From the NCBI GenBank assembly GCA_000004695.1, contig CM000150.2:4320001-4384000 (forward strand): a stretch of DNA of 64,000 nucleotides, written 5' to 3'. Source of the DNA: Dictyostelium discoideum (taxonomy: Eukaryota). This document shows, piece by piece, positions 27,838 to 40,130 of this stretch (position 1 is the first letter of the stretch; each line of letters opens with the position of its first letter). The notes beneath the pieces were generated by a model, which saw nothing but the letters and a program-made list of their open reading frames with translations, ran no database searches and had not been told where the DNA came from. Both the position numbers and the translations under genes were made by a program.

Positions 27838-27879
<42 letters not shown>

Positions 27880-28775
27880 ATTAATAATTGTTTATAATTT
27901 ATTTATATATATATATATATATATATTTAAATATTTATTTAACTTACTCTTGAAAACCTGAAGAATTATTAAATTTAAATTCAAAAGCAATACTTGTAAA
28001 TGGATTAGATGCTTCAATATGGTATAAATTATCATATTGTTTACTTGCAATTGCAGGTCCATATGAACAATCAACAGAGAATTGTTTACTTGTTCTAATT
28101 CTTAATAAACCATGAAATCCCCATCCATATGAAATTAATTTATATCTTTAAAAATAAAAATAAAAAAAAAAAGATTAATAATAATAATAATTATAATAAT
28201 AATTATAATAGATTTATAAAATTATAATACATACATATCTTGTGGTAAAGTACAAGTTGGTAAAAGTTTATTATATCTATAAATTTGACCACCAGTTATT
28301 GTTGAAAGGAATTTTATTGAATCAAAACCAAAAAATTTATCACCTACTGCAAATATATCGAAATGAGCACCAACTTCAATTGCACGTTCTGCTAATTTCC
28401 TATAGATATTAGTTGTTGGTTTAAAAAATTCTTTTTTGCCATAACTATTTGATAAATCTTCAAGTGATGAAAAATTATTTTCAATTGGACTTTCTGAAAT
28501 AAATAATCCAATTTTAACTATTATATATATATTTTTTTTTTTTTAATAATAAAATTAGAATTATTAATTGAATATATAATATATTATATAAATATAAATT
28601 GAGAAATACTATACCATTTAATTTAAATAAATCAATTGATAAATAATCCATTAATAATTTAAGTGTATCAGATAATGCAACAGATTTTAATTTCTTTGAT
28701 ATAGTTTCATTAATTAAAGGTATTGATTGAATTGCTTTAATTATATTTGATTCATTTTTTCCTTTCTATAAAGTT

Positions 28776-28829
<54 letters not shown>

Positions 28830-29738
28830 TAATAATGTAACGATAATAACAATAATAATGATAATAATATTTTAAAATATTATATATCTTACATTTACTA
28901 AAAACTTTTCAATTGATAAAATATCAGAGAAATTAAAATCATTAATATTTTCAACGAATTTAATTAAAGGTGTTGAAGTATTTAAATTGTATAAACCTAT
29001 TCTTGTTGAATAAGTTATTAAACCAAATAATGCGTTATTTGGTAATGCATGTATCAATGCTTCTAATCCTTGTGTGATTGCATCATGTTGTTCTTCATTA
29101 CCTGAATAATCTACAACTGCAATATAAATTGGATTATTTATCAATGGTATCATTGAATATGGTATTGAATCTGGTAATGATGATGACGATGATGATTCTT
29201 GTTGAGTATTATCATAATCACCACCACCACCACTACTACTACCATCAAATTGGTCTTGATCAACTAATAATTCAATTGAATAATTTGATAATTCTGGTAA
29301 TGATTCTCTATTTGGTCTTGCATATCTTGATATTTGTTGTTGTTGTTGTTGTTGATTGTATTGGTTATTATTATAATTATCATTATCACTATCATTATCA
29401 TTATCATTATCAATATTAAAACCTGTATAATTTATCTTATTTAATGATTCACATATATTACATCTCCAACCACCACGTTCAAATTTCACTAAATTATTTA
29501 TATAAGCAAAACATTTTTTACATCTACCTATGTTTTTTGAATTTTCTTGATACCTAAAATTGTTTTTAAATGGTTGAATTACACATCCAAATATTGATCC
29601 TGATCCCTCTTTTACCTCTACTATAAATTAAATTGTTTTTTTTTCTATTAGTAACTTTTGAAACTATATTGTTATTATATTGTACCATTTATATTTACAA
29701 TTAACAGGGAATCTTTGAGAGGAGAATCTAACATTCAT
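26844..29738 (-). CDS. Sec23/Sec24-family COPII coat protein, Sec23-like divergent paralogue; at least 7 exons. 5' exon c(29699..29738); Zn-finger/trunk exon c(28893..29620); later exons only approximately mapped
   Basis: N-terminus MNVRFSSQRFPVN|LEVKEGSGSIFGCVIQPF. Zn finger RCKKCFAYINNLVKFERGGWRCNICESLN. Trunk IYIAVVDYSGNEE...LPNNALFGLITYSTRIGLYNL (compare Sec23 LPPNALIGLITYG). Further trunk FYRKLAERAIEVGAHFDIFAVGDKFFGFDSIKFLSTITGGQIYRY. Beta-sandwich exon RYKLISYGWGFHGLLRIRTSKQFSVDCSYGP. Gelsolin-like C-terminus TSHIYLVDSFDQLVVFYNL (compare Sec23 ILLLDTFFHILIYHG). A D/N/Q low-complexity insert follows the Zn finger. Confidence 0.65.
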
Positions 29739-30289
29739 CAGATTTTTATCTTATTAAACAGTGCACAAACACTTCAATTAAATTTAAAATTTAAAATTAA
29801 AAAAAAAAAAAAAAAAAAAAAATTTCATTTTTTTTTTTTTTTTTTTTTTTTAATATTACAAAAATTAAATCATAATATTTAATTTTAAAATAAATATTTA
29901 TTTGGTATTAAAAATTGAAATAATGGTTCCAAAATAAATTTTAATATTATAACTTTAAAAGACTTATTTATTTATTTGTGTTTGGGGAAAATAAAAAAAA
30001 AAAAAAAAAAAAAAAAAATGAAAATAAATAATATTAACTGTATAATTTTTTTATTCTTTTTTAATTTTATCTTAAATGTAATAAACTCAATATTTCTTTT
30101 AAACTTTTATTTTATTTTATTATTTTAAAAAAAAAAATTAATATCTTTTCCTTTTATCATTTCAATAAATTAGAATTTAGCCCTTTTTTAAATATTCAAT
30201 TTTCAAAGGTTATAAATATATTGTATATAATTTCAAAGAAATTATCAATAACATCAAATGACCAATAACAATAAAGTCAAGTTAAAAAA

Positions 30290-30320
<31 letters not shown>

Positions 30321-30713
30321 CTCTATATTTTTTAAATTAATTATAAAAGCCAGATATCGAATACAATTAAACTCCAAATTAATAAAAAAAGAATCTTTCG
30401 ATTCTAAAAAATCGATTAACCTTATAATCACTATAGATATTTAAAATAAAATTAAATACCTAGCAAAGATTTGTGAAATTTATTTTCAACTTGCACCAAA
30501 TTGTCAAAGATTGGATTTTTTTTTTTTTTTTTTTTTTTTTATAAAATATATTATTTTATTTTGAAATATTAAAATATTAATAAAAAAAAAATAAAAAAAA
30601 AGAAAAAAATCAAAAAGTATGGATTTTTTTTTTTATTAATTATATTTTACTAATACATAAAAAAACCAATTTAATTTTATTACATTTTAATTCAAATAAT
30701 AAACAAAAAAAAA

Positions 30714-30986
30714 ATGGCCAAATGTGAAGCTTGTGGTGGTATTGCATCTGTTACTTGTGGTGTAACTGGTTGTGGAAATAAAGGATGTCTTAATTGTCCA
30801 TATATGACAGCAGTTTCAAGATTTACAAATACTTTCAATGCAAGAAATGTTACAAATACAATTAATCGTAATTCTCCATTCGGTGCAAACATGTCAAATA
30901 CTATGTTTGAATGTGGCGATTGTAGAAATGCTTCCAACACCTCTTCTTCCAACAACTCCACTTCATCTTCTTCTGATGACTCTTAA
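30714..30986 (+). CDS. Small Cys-rich protein, 90 aa, copy 1 of a tandem pair
   Basis: ORF with locally raised GC and ATG in good context. Eight Cys arranged CxxC-x7-C-x4-C-x4-C-x2-C ... CxxC. The Ser/Asn tail ends in acidic residues. It is 85-90 % identical to the copy at 32624..32878. The antisense ORF 30692..30961 is an artefact. Confidence 0.5.
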   Translation: MAKCEACGGIASVTCGVTGCGNKGCLNCPYMTAVSRFTNTFNARNVTNTINRNSPFGANMSNTMFECGDCRNASNTSSSNNSTSSSSDDS

Positions 30987-31275
30987 TAAAATAATAAATT
31001 AAACTCCAAATAATTCCATATTAATAAAAAATAAAACTAACTTGGTTATACTATTTAAAAAATTAACAAAAAAAAAAAAAAAATTTAAAAAAAAAATAAA
31101 CAAAAACTAGAATTTTTTATTAAAATTAATAATGTTTTTGGAAATAAATTAATACTTTTATTTATAAAGCAATAAAAAAAAAATGAAAAGGTTTTTATTT
31201 TTTCATTTTTTTTTTATTTTTTTTTTTTAATTTTTATTTTTTTATTTTTTTTTTTTTTCCCTAATAGCGCCACTT

Positions 31276-31365
31276 GGTGGTGCAACGTTGCGATATTCAT
31301 TAAATTTTGACTCTAAAACGATTTCTTTGAAAATTAATATCGCAACGTTGCACCAAAACAAAAAA
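31276..31365. repeat. Perfect 20-bp inverted repeat (TGGTGCAACGTTGCGATATT ... AATATCGCAACGTTGCACCA) with about 47-bp spacer; predicted long hairpin about 290 bp downstream of Cys-rich gene copy 1
   Basis: Seen directly. The arms are exact reverse complements. The GC content is unusual for the flanking sequence. Each arm contains a palindromic AACGTT core. The homologous site in copy 2 (about 33105..33175) keeps only a mutated left arm. Confidence 0.7.
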
Positions 31366-32623
31366 TCTCCATTGATTTCCAAAATAATTATTTTAATTTT
31401 TTTTTTTTTTTTTTTTTTTAATTTAATTGGTGGGTATTATTGGTTGGTTCAATTTCAATTAAAAAAACACTAAAAACTAAGAAAAAAAAAAGGCACCTAT
31501 TAGTGAATGATTTTATTTTATTTTTTTATTTTTAGCTTTGTAGTTTTTTAAATTTATTAATATTACCTTATAATTTCTTAATATTAGCGGAATCATTTTA
31601 CAGGATTAAAACAACTTTTTTTTTTTGTTTTAATTTTATTTAATTTTTTAAATTTGTTGAACTTGAGGGATAAATACATCGGTCCCTCTTTGAAATACTT
31701 GACGATCATGCGAACGAAGAACATCACTATCTCTTTGAGAATCTTCTTTCCAAGCTTCAAATATTTAGTCTACAAAATATTTAAATAATATTTATTCCAC
31801 CATTGTATATATTTTTGTTACCCCTTTTTTTTTTTTTTATTTTTATACACAATTGCAGGGATGTGTATTCATGATAAATTTAATTTTTCAAAAAGAAGGA
31901 AGTTGTAGATCATTTGCTGTTATTCGTGAACTCATAACCGGTCAAAAATAATAAAAATCTTTTAAAAAGGAAGAAATAATATTTTTATTTATATTTTCAA
32001 ACTTTTTTTTTTTTTTTTTTTTTGGTTTTGTTTTTTGTTTTATTTATAATAATTTTTAATTTTTACATTGATTTTGACCCACATATATAATGTTCACTAT
32101 GATTTTGAGAAAAATTAATATCTTTTCCAGTAATCAATTCAATAAAATAAAATTTAGACCTTTTCCAAATATTCAATTTTCAAAGAAATTATCATTGACA
32201 TCAGATGACCAATCACAATAAATTCATCAAAAAAACCCATTTTTTTTTTTTTTTTTTTTTTTATAAAAGCCAGATATCGATTCCAATTAAACTCCACATA
32301 AAAAAAAAATTTGTTGATTCTAAAAAAAAATGATTAACTTAACTTATAATCACTAAAGATATTTTATATATATAAAAATAAATTAAATACCTATCTAAGA
32401 TTTATGAAATTTATTTTCAATTTGCACCAAATCGCCAAAGAATGGATTTTTTTTTTTTTTTTTTTATTTTGAAATAATAAAATATTAATAAAAAAAAAAA
32501 AAAAACAACAAAATCAAAAAGTATAAATAACTGGATTTTTTTTAAATTTTTTATATTTTACTTATACTTTTATAAATTAATTTAATTTTATTACATTTTA
32601 ATTCAAATAATAAGCAAAAAAAA

Positions 32624-32878
32624 ATGGCCAATTGTGAAGGTTGTGGTGGTACTGCCTCTGTTACTTGTGGTGTAACTGGTTGTGGAAATAAAGGATGTCT
32701 TGGGGCTGATTGTTCATTCATGACAGCTGTTTCAAGATTTACAAATACTTTCAATGCAAGAAATGTTACAAATACAATTAATCGTAATTCTCCATTCGGT
32801 GCAAACATGTCAAATACTATGTTTGAATGCAGTGATTGTAGAAATGCCAACTCTTCTTCATCTTCTGAAGACTCATAA
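32624..32878 (+). CDS. Small Cys-rich protein, 84 aa, copy 2 of the tandem pair
   Basis: Paralogue of 30714..30986 (MANCEGCGGTASVTCGVTGCGNKGCL...TAVSRFTNTFNARNVTNTINRNSPFGANMSNTMFEC). About 400 bp of upstream and 300 bp of downstream flank are conserved. Confidence 0.5.
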   Translation: MANCEGCGGTASVTCGVTGCGNKGCLGADCSFMTAVSRFTNTFNARNVTNTINRNSPFGANMSNTMFECSDCRNANSSSSSEDS

Positions 32879-33247
32879 AAATATTAAACTTCAAATAATA
32901 ATTCCATATTCACAAGAAATAAAACTAACTTGGTTATACTATTTAAAAAATTAATTAATATTAATTAATAAAAAAAATAAAAATAAACAAGAAGTAGAAT
33001 TTTTTATTAAAATTAATTTTTAATTATGTTTTTGGAAATAAATTAATACTTTTATTTATAAAGAAATAATTTTTTTTATTTTTATTTTTAATTCCTTAAT
33101 ATCGCCCCACTTGGTGGTAAAACATTGCGATATTCATTAAATTTTGACTAAAACGATTTCTTTGAAAATTATTGTTTCTTTTTTTTTTTTATTTAAATAA
33201 ACAATAAAAAAAACTTCTTGTCAAATCTAGATTGATTTCCAAAAAAA

Positions 33248-33294
<47 letters not shown>

Positions 33295-34336
33295 ATTGAT
33301 GGATATTATTTGTTCAATTTCAATTAAAAAATACTAAACCCTAAAAAAAAAAAAAAAAAAAGCGCCTAATGGTGAAAGATTTTTTATTTTTAGCTTTCTA
33401 GTTTTTTTTTTAAAAATTTAATATTGCCTTATTATTTTTTAATATTAATCACAGATTAAAACAAAATTGTTGATTGTTTCTATGACATTCATCATAATAT
33501 TTATTATTGATTATTTGAATTTGAAAATCACAGTTGATTACCTAAAATTATTTAATTCTAATTTCTTTTTTTTTTTTTTTTATTTTTAAATTATTTGTTT
33601 TTTATTATTATTCCATTCTTTTTGTTTTGATACTTACACATTAAGTGAAATTTAGGAATGAAAACAAAAAAAAAAAAAATTAAAAAAAGTATCTTTTCAC
33701 TTTTTTATTTTTTTTTTTTTTTAATTTCACTTTTTTTATTTTTTTTTTATTTTTTATTTTTTTTTTCGTCAATTGAATCTTAATTTTATTTCTTTATTTG
33801 AACAGATTTTAAAAAAAAAAAAAAAAACAAAATAAAAATTTGAAATTTAAATTATAATAATAAAAATTAAAATAAAATTGATTTTCAATTGAAATTAATT
33901 GAAAATAAATCGTATTACAACAACAATAATAAAACCAAATAATATTATAAAAAAAGAAAAAAAAATTAAAAAAAAAATTTAAAAAAAAAAAAAATTAAAA
34001 GAAATAAAAAATAAAAAATAAAAAAATTTTAATATTAATGTTAATGTCACTATTATTTTTATTATTAAATTTGATTTGAATAATAAAAAAAAAAAAAAAA
34101 AAAAAAAATTAAAATAATAAAAATAAATTTTCAAAAAAAAAAAAAAAAACAAAATAAAACAAAAAAAAAAAAAAAATATAAATAAATAAATAAATAAATA
34201 ATATATATATATATAATAATTTAAATGTTACTTTATTATTTTTATTATAACCAATTACTACTATTATTATCATCAAAAATATTAAAAATCTTTTAAAAAG
34301 GTAGAAATTGTAAATATTATTTTTATTTTTAAACTT

Positions 34337-34368
<32 letters not shown>

Positions 34369-34997
34369 TTTTTGTTTTGTTTTTTGTTTTGTTTTTTGTT
34401 TTTTGTTTTATTTATAATATTTTTTAATTTTTACATTTTATTTTAACCCACATATATAATGTTCACTATGATTTAGAGGAAAATGTATAAAAAAAAACTA
34501 TAAAACATACATTATATGTAATTTCTCTCCCACAATTTTCAATGTGTTTTTACATTTTTAAATTTTTAATTTTTTTTGTTTTTTTATTGAAATTGAAATA
34601 AAAGAATAATAGTTATCCACCACTTACCCACCACACATTAACACTAAAAAAAGGTATGTCTTTTTTAAAGACAATGCATAGAGTTTCGGAAATTTTGTTA
34701 AATTATAATTTATTTTAATAAAATTAAATAAAATAGAATTTTTAATGTAAAATAATAAAATTTAAATTGATGTTACTCATAGTATTAAAATTTTTTTTTT
34801 TTTTTTTTTATTTTTATTTTTTTATTTTAATTTATTAATTTTATTTTATTTTTTTTAAACTAAAAAAAATAATAAAAAATAATAAAAATAATTTCAATCT
34901 AAAAAAATTAATTATAATAAATATAAATATTATAATATTATAATATAAATTAATAATAATAATAAAAAAAACTAAAAATGTAAGAATTAATTAATTA

Positions 34998-35053
<56 letters not shown>

Positions 35054-35305
35054 ATATTTTATTTAATAATAAGATTTTATATTTTCAATTAATTATAATC
35101 AAAATTATACAATTAAAAAAAAAAGAAAATTTACTCAATATGGAATAATTGCAACACATTTAACCACTTTCACACTCGTTTTTTTTTTTTATTTATTTTT
35201 TATAAAAAAGTTTTATTGTATTTTTATTTGTGTACAAAATCAATGTAGTTTACCCGTACCCAATATTTTTATATGTTTATAATTTTTAATAATAATAATT
35301 TAACA

Positions 35306-35342
<37 letters not shown>

Positions 35343-35700
35343 AAATTAAAATAAATAATTAAATTTTATTGTTAAATTTTAATTATTATGGTGATATAAT
35401 AATGTGTGGTTGTATTTATTATTTTTAGTGTGTGATAGAAAAAATGAAATCTATTTGTTTTTTTGTAAATCTCAAAATTATTAAAATTTTTATAATTTTA
35501 TAATTTTAATTTTGGGTTTATTTGTTTTTGTTTTTTTTTTTTGTTTTATTTTTTTTTTTTTTTTTTTTTAGGGCTTGGTTTATGATAATAAAAAATATTA
35601 ATAATAAAAATAATAATAATATAAATAATTATAAAAAATATTACCTTTGTGGTCCATTTACTTTTGCGAATTTCAAATAAATGTATTAATGTGTAAAAAT

Positions 35701-35744
<44 letters not shown>

Positions 35745-35969
35745 GTTTAAAGTGGAGTTTTAATATGTTACATTAATTACTGTTTTAAAATTTTGTTGTT
35801 GTTTTTGTTCTTAATTGTTATGATAAATGGTTTAAAAAATACATTTATTACCTGTTTATTTTTCAATGTTATTATATATGTTAAAAAAAAAAAAAAAAAA
35901 AAAAAAACAAAAAAAAAAAAAAAAAAAAAATTATTAAAAAAAAAAAAAAAAAAATATTAAAAAGTTAAA

Positions 35970-36002
<33 letters not shown>

Positions 36003-36103
36003 GTTAAAAAAAGATACCAATTAATTCAATAAAATAATATTGTTTGTTGTTATCATATCAAAAAATAATAATATACTTAATAATAACAATAAAATAATAT
36101 TAC

Positions 36104-36158
<55 letters not shown>

Positions 36159-36269
36159 GTTTTAATATTAAAAATAAAAATTATATGTATAATAGTAATA
36201 AAAATAGTAACAATAATTTTAAATTTTAATTAAATTTAAATAATTAAATAATTAAAAATAAAATAAAAG

Positions 36270-36301
<32 letters not shown>

Positions 36302-36678
36302 ACCTTAATCAAATTAGGGAAATTGTTTATCTTTGTTAAATAGGATATTTGTTTTTTTTTGTCCAAAATTTTATATAAACATTTTTATTATATTTTAGAA
36401 TTCTTCTAACAATTTTAAATAAAAAAATAAATATAAAAAAAAAAAAAAAAAAAAAAGAATTATAGCCAAAAAGATTGAAAACAACTAATAAGGAAAAAGA
36501 AAAAAAAAATAAAAGAAAAAAAAAAAAAGAAAAAAAAAATAATAGAATTTTAATTTATTCTAATACTCAATAAACTTTTGTTAAAATACTATTTATTAAA
36601 TTAAAAAACAAAGAAAAGAATAAAAAAAAAAATTAAAAAAAAAACAAAAACAAAAACAACAAATATTATTTATAAAAA

Positions 36679-38223
36679 ATGATTGATGATTCTTTAGCAA
36701 ATGTTTGGCAATTAATACCAACACGTAGATCACAAATGATCATAAACTATCAACAAGAGGTTATCCATTCTCCAACACCAATTGCCTCAATATCAAATAA
36801 AAATGATACAAATCAACAATTACAACCACAACTACAACCACAACAACCACAACAATTATCACCAAATGTTGATCAACATATGCAATTGGAACAACAATTA
36901 CATTACCAATTACAACAACAAGCTTTACAACAACAACAAGCTTTGCAACAACAACAACAACAACAACAACAAATACAACCATCATCAATTATTTCAACAA
37001 CACAAGAAACAACCGGATTTTTCCCAGTTGAAAGACATGGTCATACAACTTGTTTATATAAAAATAAAGTGATTTTATTTGGTGGTACACCTGATGGTTC
37101 ACATGGTTTAAGTGATTTATATTTTCTTTATTTAGGTAATTATTTTTATAATTATTTAAAAAAATAATTTATAAAATTTAAAATTATTAATTTATTTTTT
37201 ATTTTTTATTGATTTTTTGAAGATACATATTCTTGGGTTGAAATTAAAACAAAAGGAAATGCACCAAATGGTAGATATAGACATAGTGCAATTATAATAG
37301 AAGATAAAATGTATATATTCGGAGGATATAGGTCAAAATGTTTAAATGATTTACATGTATTAGATTTAGAGACATTTACATGGTCAGAACCAATTTGTAT
37401 TGGAGAAGCACCATCGGCACGTTCATCACATTCAGTTTGTTGTGTTGGAAAGATGATGATATTATTTGGAGGTAGTGGAGCACGTTACTCTAATGAATTG
37501 TTTTCATTGGACACTGTTACGATGCGTTGGACTAAACATGATGTATTGGGAACACCTCCCTCAGAGAGATGGTGTCATACAATGTGCAGTTTCGGTAAGA
37601 AGGTGGTTACATTTGGTGGCTCAAACGATAAGAGAAAAGATAATAAAGTTTATATATTGGATACCGATACGATGGAATGGTCGCAACCTCCCACCTCTGG
37701 AAACTGTCCAATACCCAGACAGTTGCATACTGCAGTGGCAATCGGCGAGAGTATGATCGTTTTCGGAGGCTGGGGTAAACATCAGGAATTGAATGACCTC
37801 TACATACTCAATACTCGTACTATGAAATGGGTTTGTCCAAAGATTGACAATGTCATACCTTGTTGTCGTCAACTTCATTCCGCTTGGGTATACAATGGTA
37901 AAATGTATACTTTGGGTGGCTATTTTAAAAACAAAAGAATGATCGATGTTTATTGTTTCACACCCGAACAAACCGTTTCAACTCTACGTGAATTTTGTAT
38001 TGAAACCATTGTCGAAGATGTTTTCAAATATGTACCAATGTTTAATCATTTCCCAGAGGAAATACTATATCAAATTTTCTCAAGATTATCTCAAGCTGGA
38101 AAATTAATACCACTTCAATTGGATTATTTAATTAGAAAATCTTATTTAGCCGACCAAGTTGCTTTAGTTTTATCTACCAATAAGAATGGTGGTACAATTG
38201 AAGAAACTCCAAATCCAATTTAA
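36679..38223 (+). CDS. Kelch-repeat (6-blade beta-propeller) protein with Gln-rich N-terminus and C-terminal helical region; exons 36679..37135, 37223..38223
   Basis: Donor TTAG|GTAATT (phase 1); acceptor ttttgaag|AT. Kelch blades: HGHTTCLYKNKVILFGG, RYRHSAIIIEDKMYIFGG, RSSHSVCCVGKMMILFGG, RWCHTMCSFGKKVVTFGG, RQLHTAVAIGESMIVFGG, RQLHSAWVYNGKMYTLGG. The segment 37460..37980 has GC far above the rest of the gene. Confidence 0.75.
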
Positions 38224-38266
38224 AAATATTAATTAAATAATAAATAATTTTAATAAATAATAAATA

Positions 38267-38333
<67 letters not shown>

Positions 38334-38662
38334 TAAAAATTTATAAATAACAATCAGAAAAAAATAAAAATATTTTAAAAAATAAAATAAATTCTTTTTA
38401 ATTATAAATATCCGTTTCTATTTATTTGGAATTAAATTATTTTTATGGGTTTAATGTTTTTATTTCCGCCTTTTTCCATTTTTTCATTTTTCCCCTTTTT
38501 TTTTTTTTTTTTTTTTTTTATTTATTTTTATTTTTTGTTTTTTTATTTTTTTTTATTTTTTTTTTTTTTTCATTTTTTGTGAAATTTTCTTTTTTTTTTT
38601 TTTTATTTTTTTTTTTAATTACGCAAAAGAAAAAAAAAAATAAAAAAAAAAAAACCAACAAC

Positions 38663-39392
38663 ATGACTGTGAAAACCATTACAAAGAAATTGATAACAGT
38701 ATTATGTTTAAAAGGTTGCCATGGTAAGTAATTTTAAATCCTTTTTATATATTTATTAAAAAATCATTTTATAAGAATAAAAAAAAAAAATAAAAAATAA
38801 AAAAAAAAAAAAATATAAAAAAAAAAAAATAAAAAAAACAATAATAATAATGATAATAATAATAATAATAATATATGAATAAATAATTTAAATATTTTAA
38901 TTTTATTTATTTTTTTTTTATTTATTTTTTTTATTTAATTTTATTTTTTTAATTTTTTTTTTTATTTATTTTTATTTTTTTAATTTTTTAAATTTTTTTT
39001 TTTTTTTTTTTTTCACAATTTAAATTGTGTTGTGTGAGGATTTGTTTTCATTCACACTGTTTAAAATATGTAAATTTATTCAAAGTTACACATACACATA
39101 AAAATTAATAAAAAACAAATCCGTTTTTTTTTTTTTTTTTTATAATATAATAACAATAAATTTTAACATACTAACCTATTTTTTTTTTTTTCAAAAAAAA
39201 AATATTTTATTTTTAGGTTCGGGTAAGACTGAATTATGTAAATACTTTTCAAAAGTTGGGTTTACTGTCTTAGATGAAGCATTTTTAGACATGCCAACTT
39301 TTTCTATACCAAATCAATCACTAACCATGGAAACCGTTTGGGTCTCAAATTGGTTTCAAAGATTACTAAAGATGGAGTTAATTGAAAATTCA

Positions 39393-39424
<32 letters not shown>

Positions 39425-39839
39425 TAATAATAACCACAATATTAATAAATTTGATAACCAACATCATAAAGTTTTTATTGCTGACCGATCTCCATTTTCA
39501 GCTATTTTATATTCACAAAATAACGGTCATTATTTAGATCCAATCATAAGTGAACAAATTAAAGAATTAAAAAAATATACCAATATAGATATAAAAACCG
39601 TTTATTTAAGAGTTGAAAAAGATGTACTATGGGAAAGAATTCAAAAAAGATTACAAGAACAACCTGAAAGGAAAAAATATAATGAAGATAATTACCAGTG
39701 GATGCACGATACTGTCAACTTTTACGACTCTCGTAAATGGGATTATGTCATTGAAAATAACACCTTTTCCCCTGAATCAATTTTCACTCAATTAACAACT
39801 CCAATTTTAGAAAAACAAGAACAACAACAACAAAAATAA
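38663..39839 (+). CDS. Deoxynucleoside-kinase-like P-loop kinase; exons 38663..38723, 39217..39839
   Basis: First exon MTVKTITKKLITVLCLKGCHG|GTAAGT (phase 1) joins ttttag|GT to give the Walker A LKGCHGSGKTELC. Downstream FIADRSPFSAILY (dNK ERS-like motif) and a LID-like YLRVEKDVLWERIQKR. Asn-rich insert. Substrate unknown. Confidence 0.55.
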
Positions 39840-39851
39840 TTATGGTATTTA

Positions 39852-39901
<50 letters not shown>

Positions 39902-40052
39902 ATAACAGTAATAATTTTTATTATTATTTTTTAAGATTATATTAAATTAAATAATATAATATATTTAATTATCATTTTAATTTAAAGATAAATTTAAAAA
40001 AACTGGAATTAAAATTTAAAATTTCCAAGAAAAAAACCAAAAAAAAAAAAAT

Positions 40053-40093
<41 letters not shown>

Positions 40094-40096
40094 TAG

Positions 40097-40130
<34 letters not shown>

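Noticed and set aside
30692-30961. Antisense ORFs 30692..30961(-) and 32551..32850(-) opposite the Cys-rich genes
   Set aside because: Locally GC-rich coding sequence has few stops in any frame. The sense strand has the ATG, Cys periodicity and conserved paralogue frame. The antisense products (…PQPVTPQVTDAIPPQ…) are mirror artefacts.
37466-37971. ORFs 37466..37756(+) and 37621..37971(-) overlapping the Kelch gene
   Set aside because: By-product of the GC-rich segment of the Kelch exon. The Kelch frame is the only one that yields recognisable repeats.
38426-38662. Phe-rich 5' part of ORF 38426..38731
   Set aside because: Poly(T) promoter region read in frame. Real coding starts at ATG 38663 (MTVKTITKK…) and is spliced at 38723.
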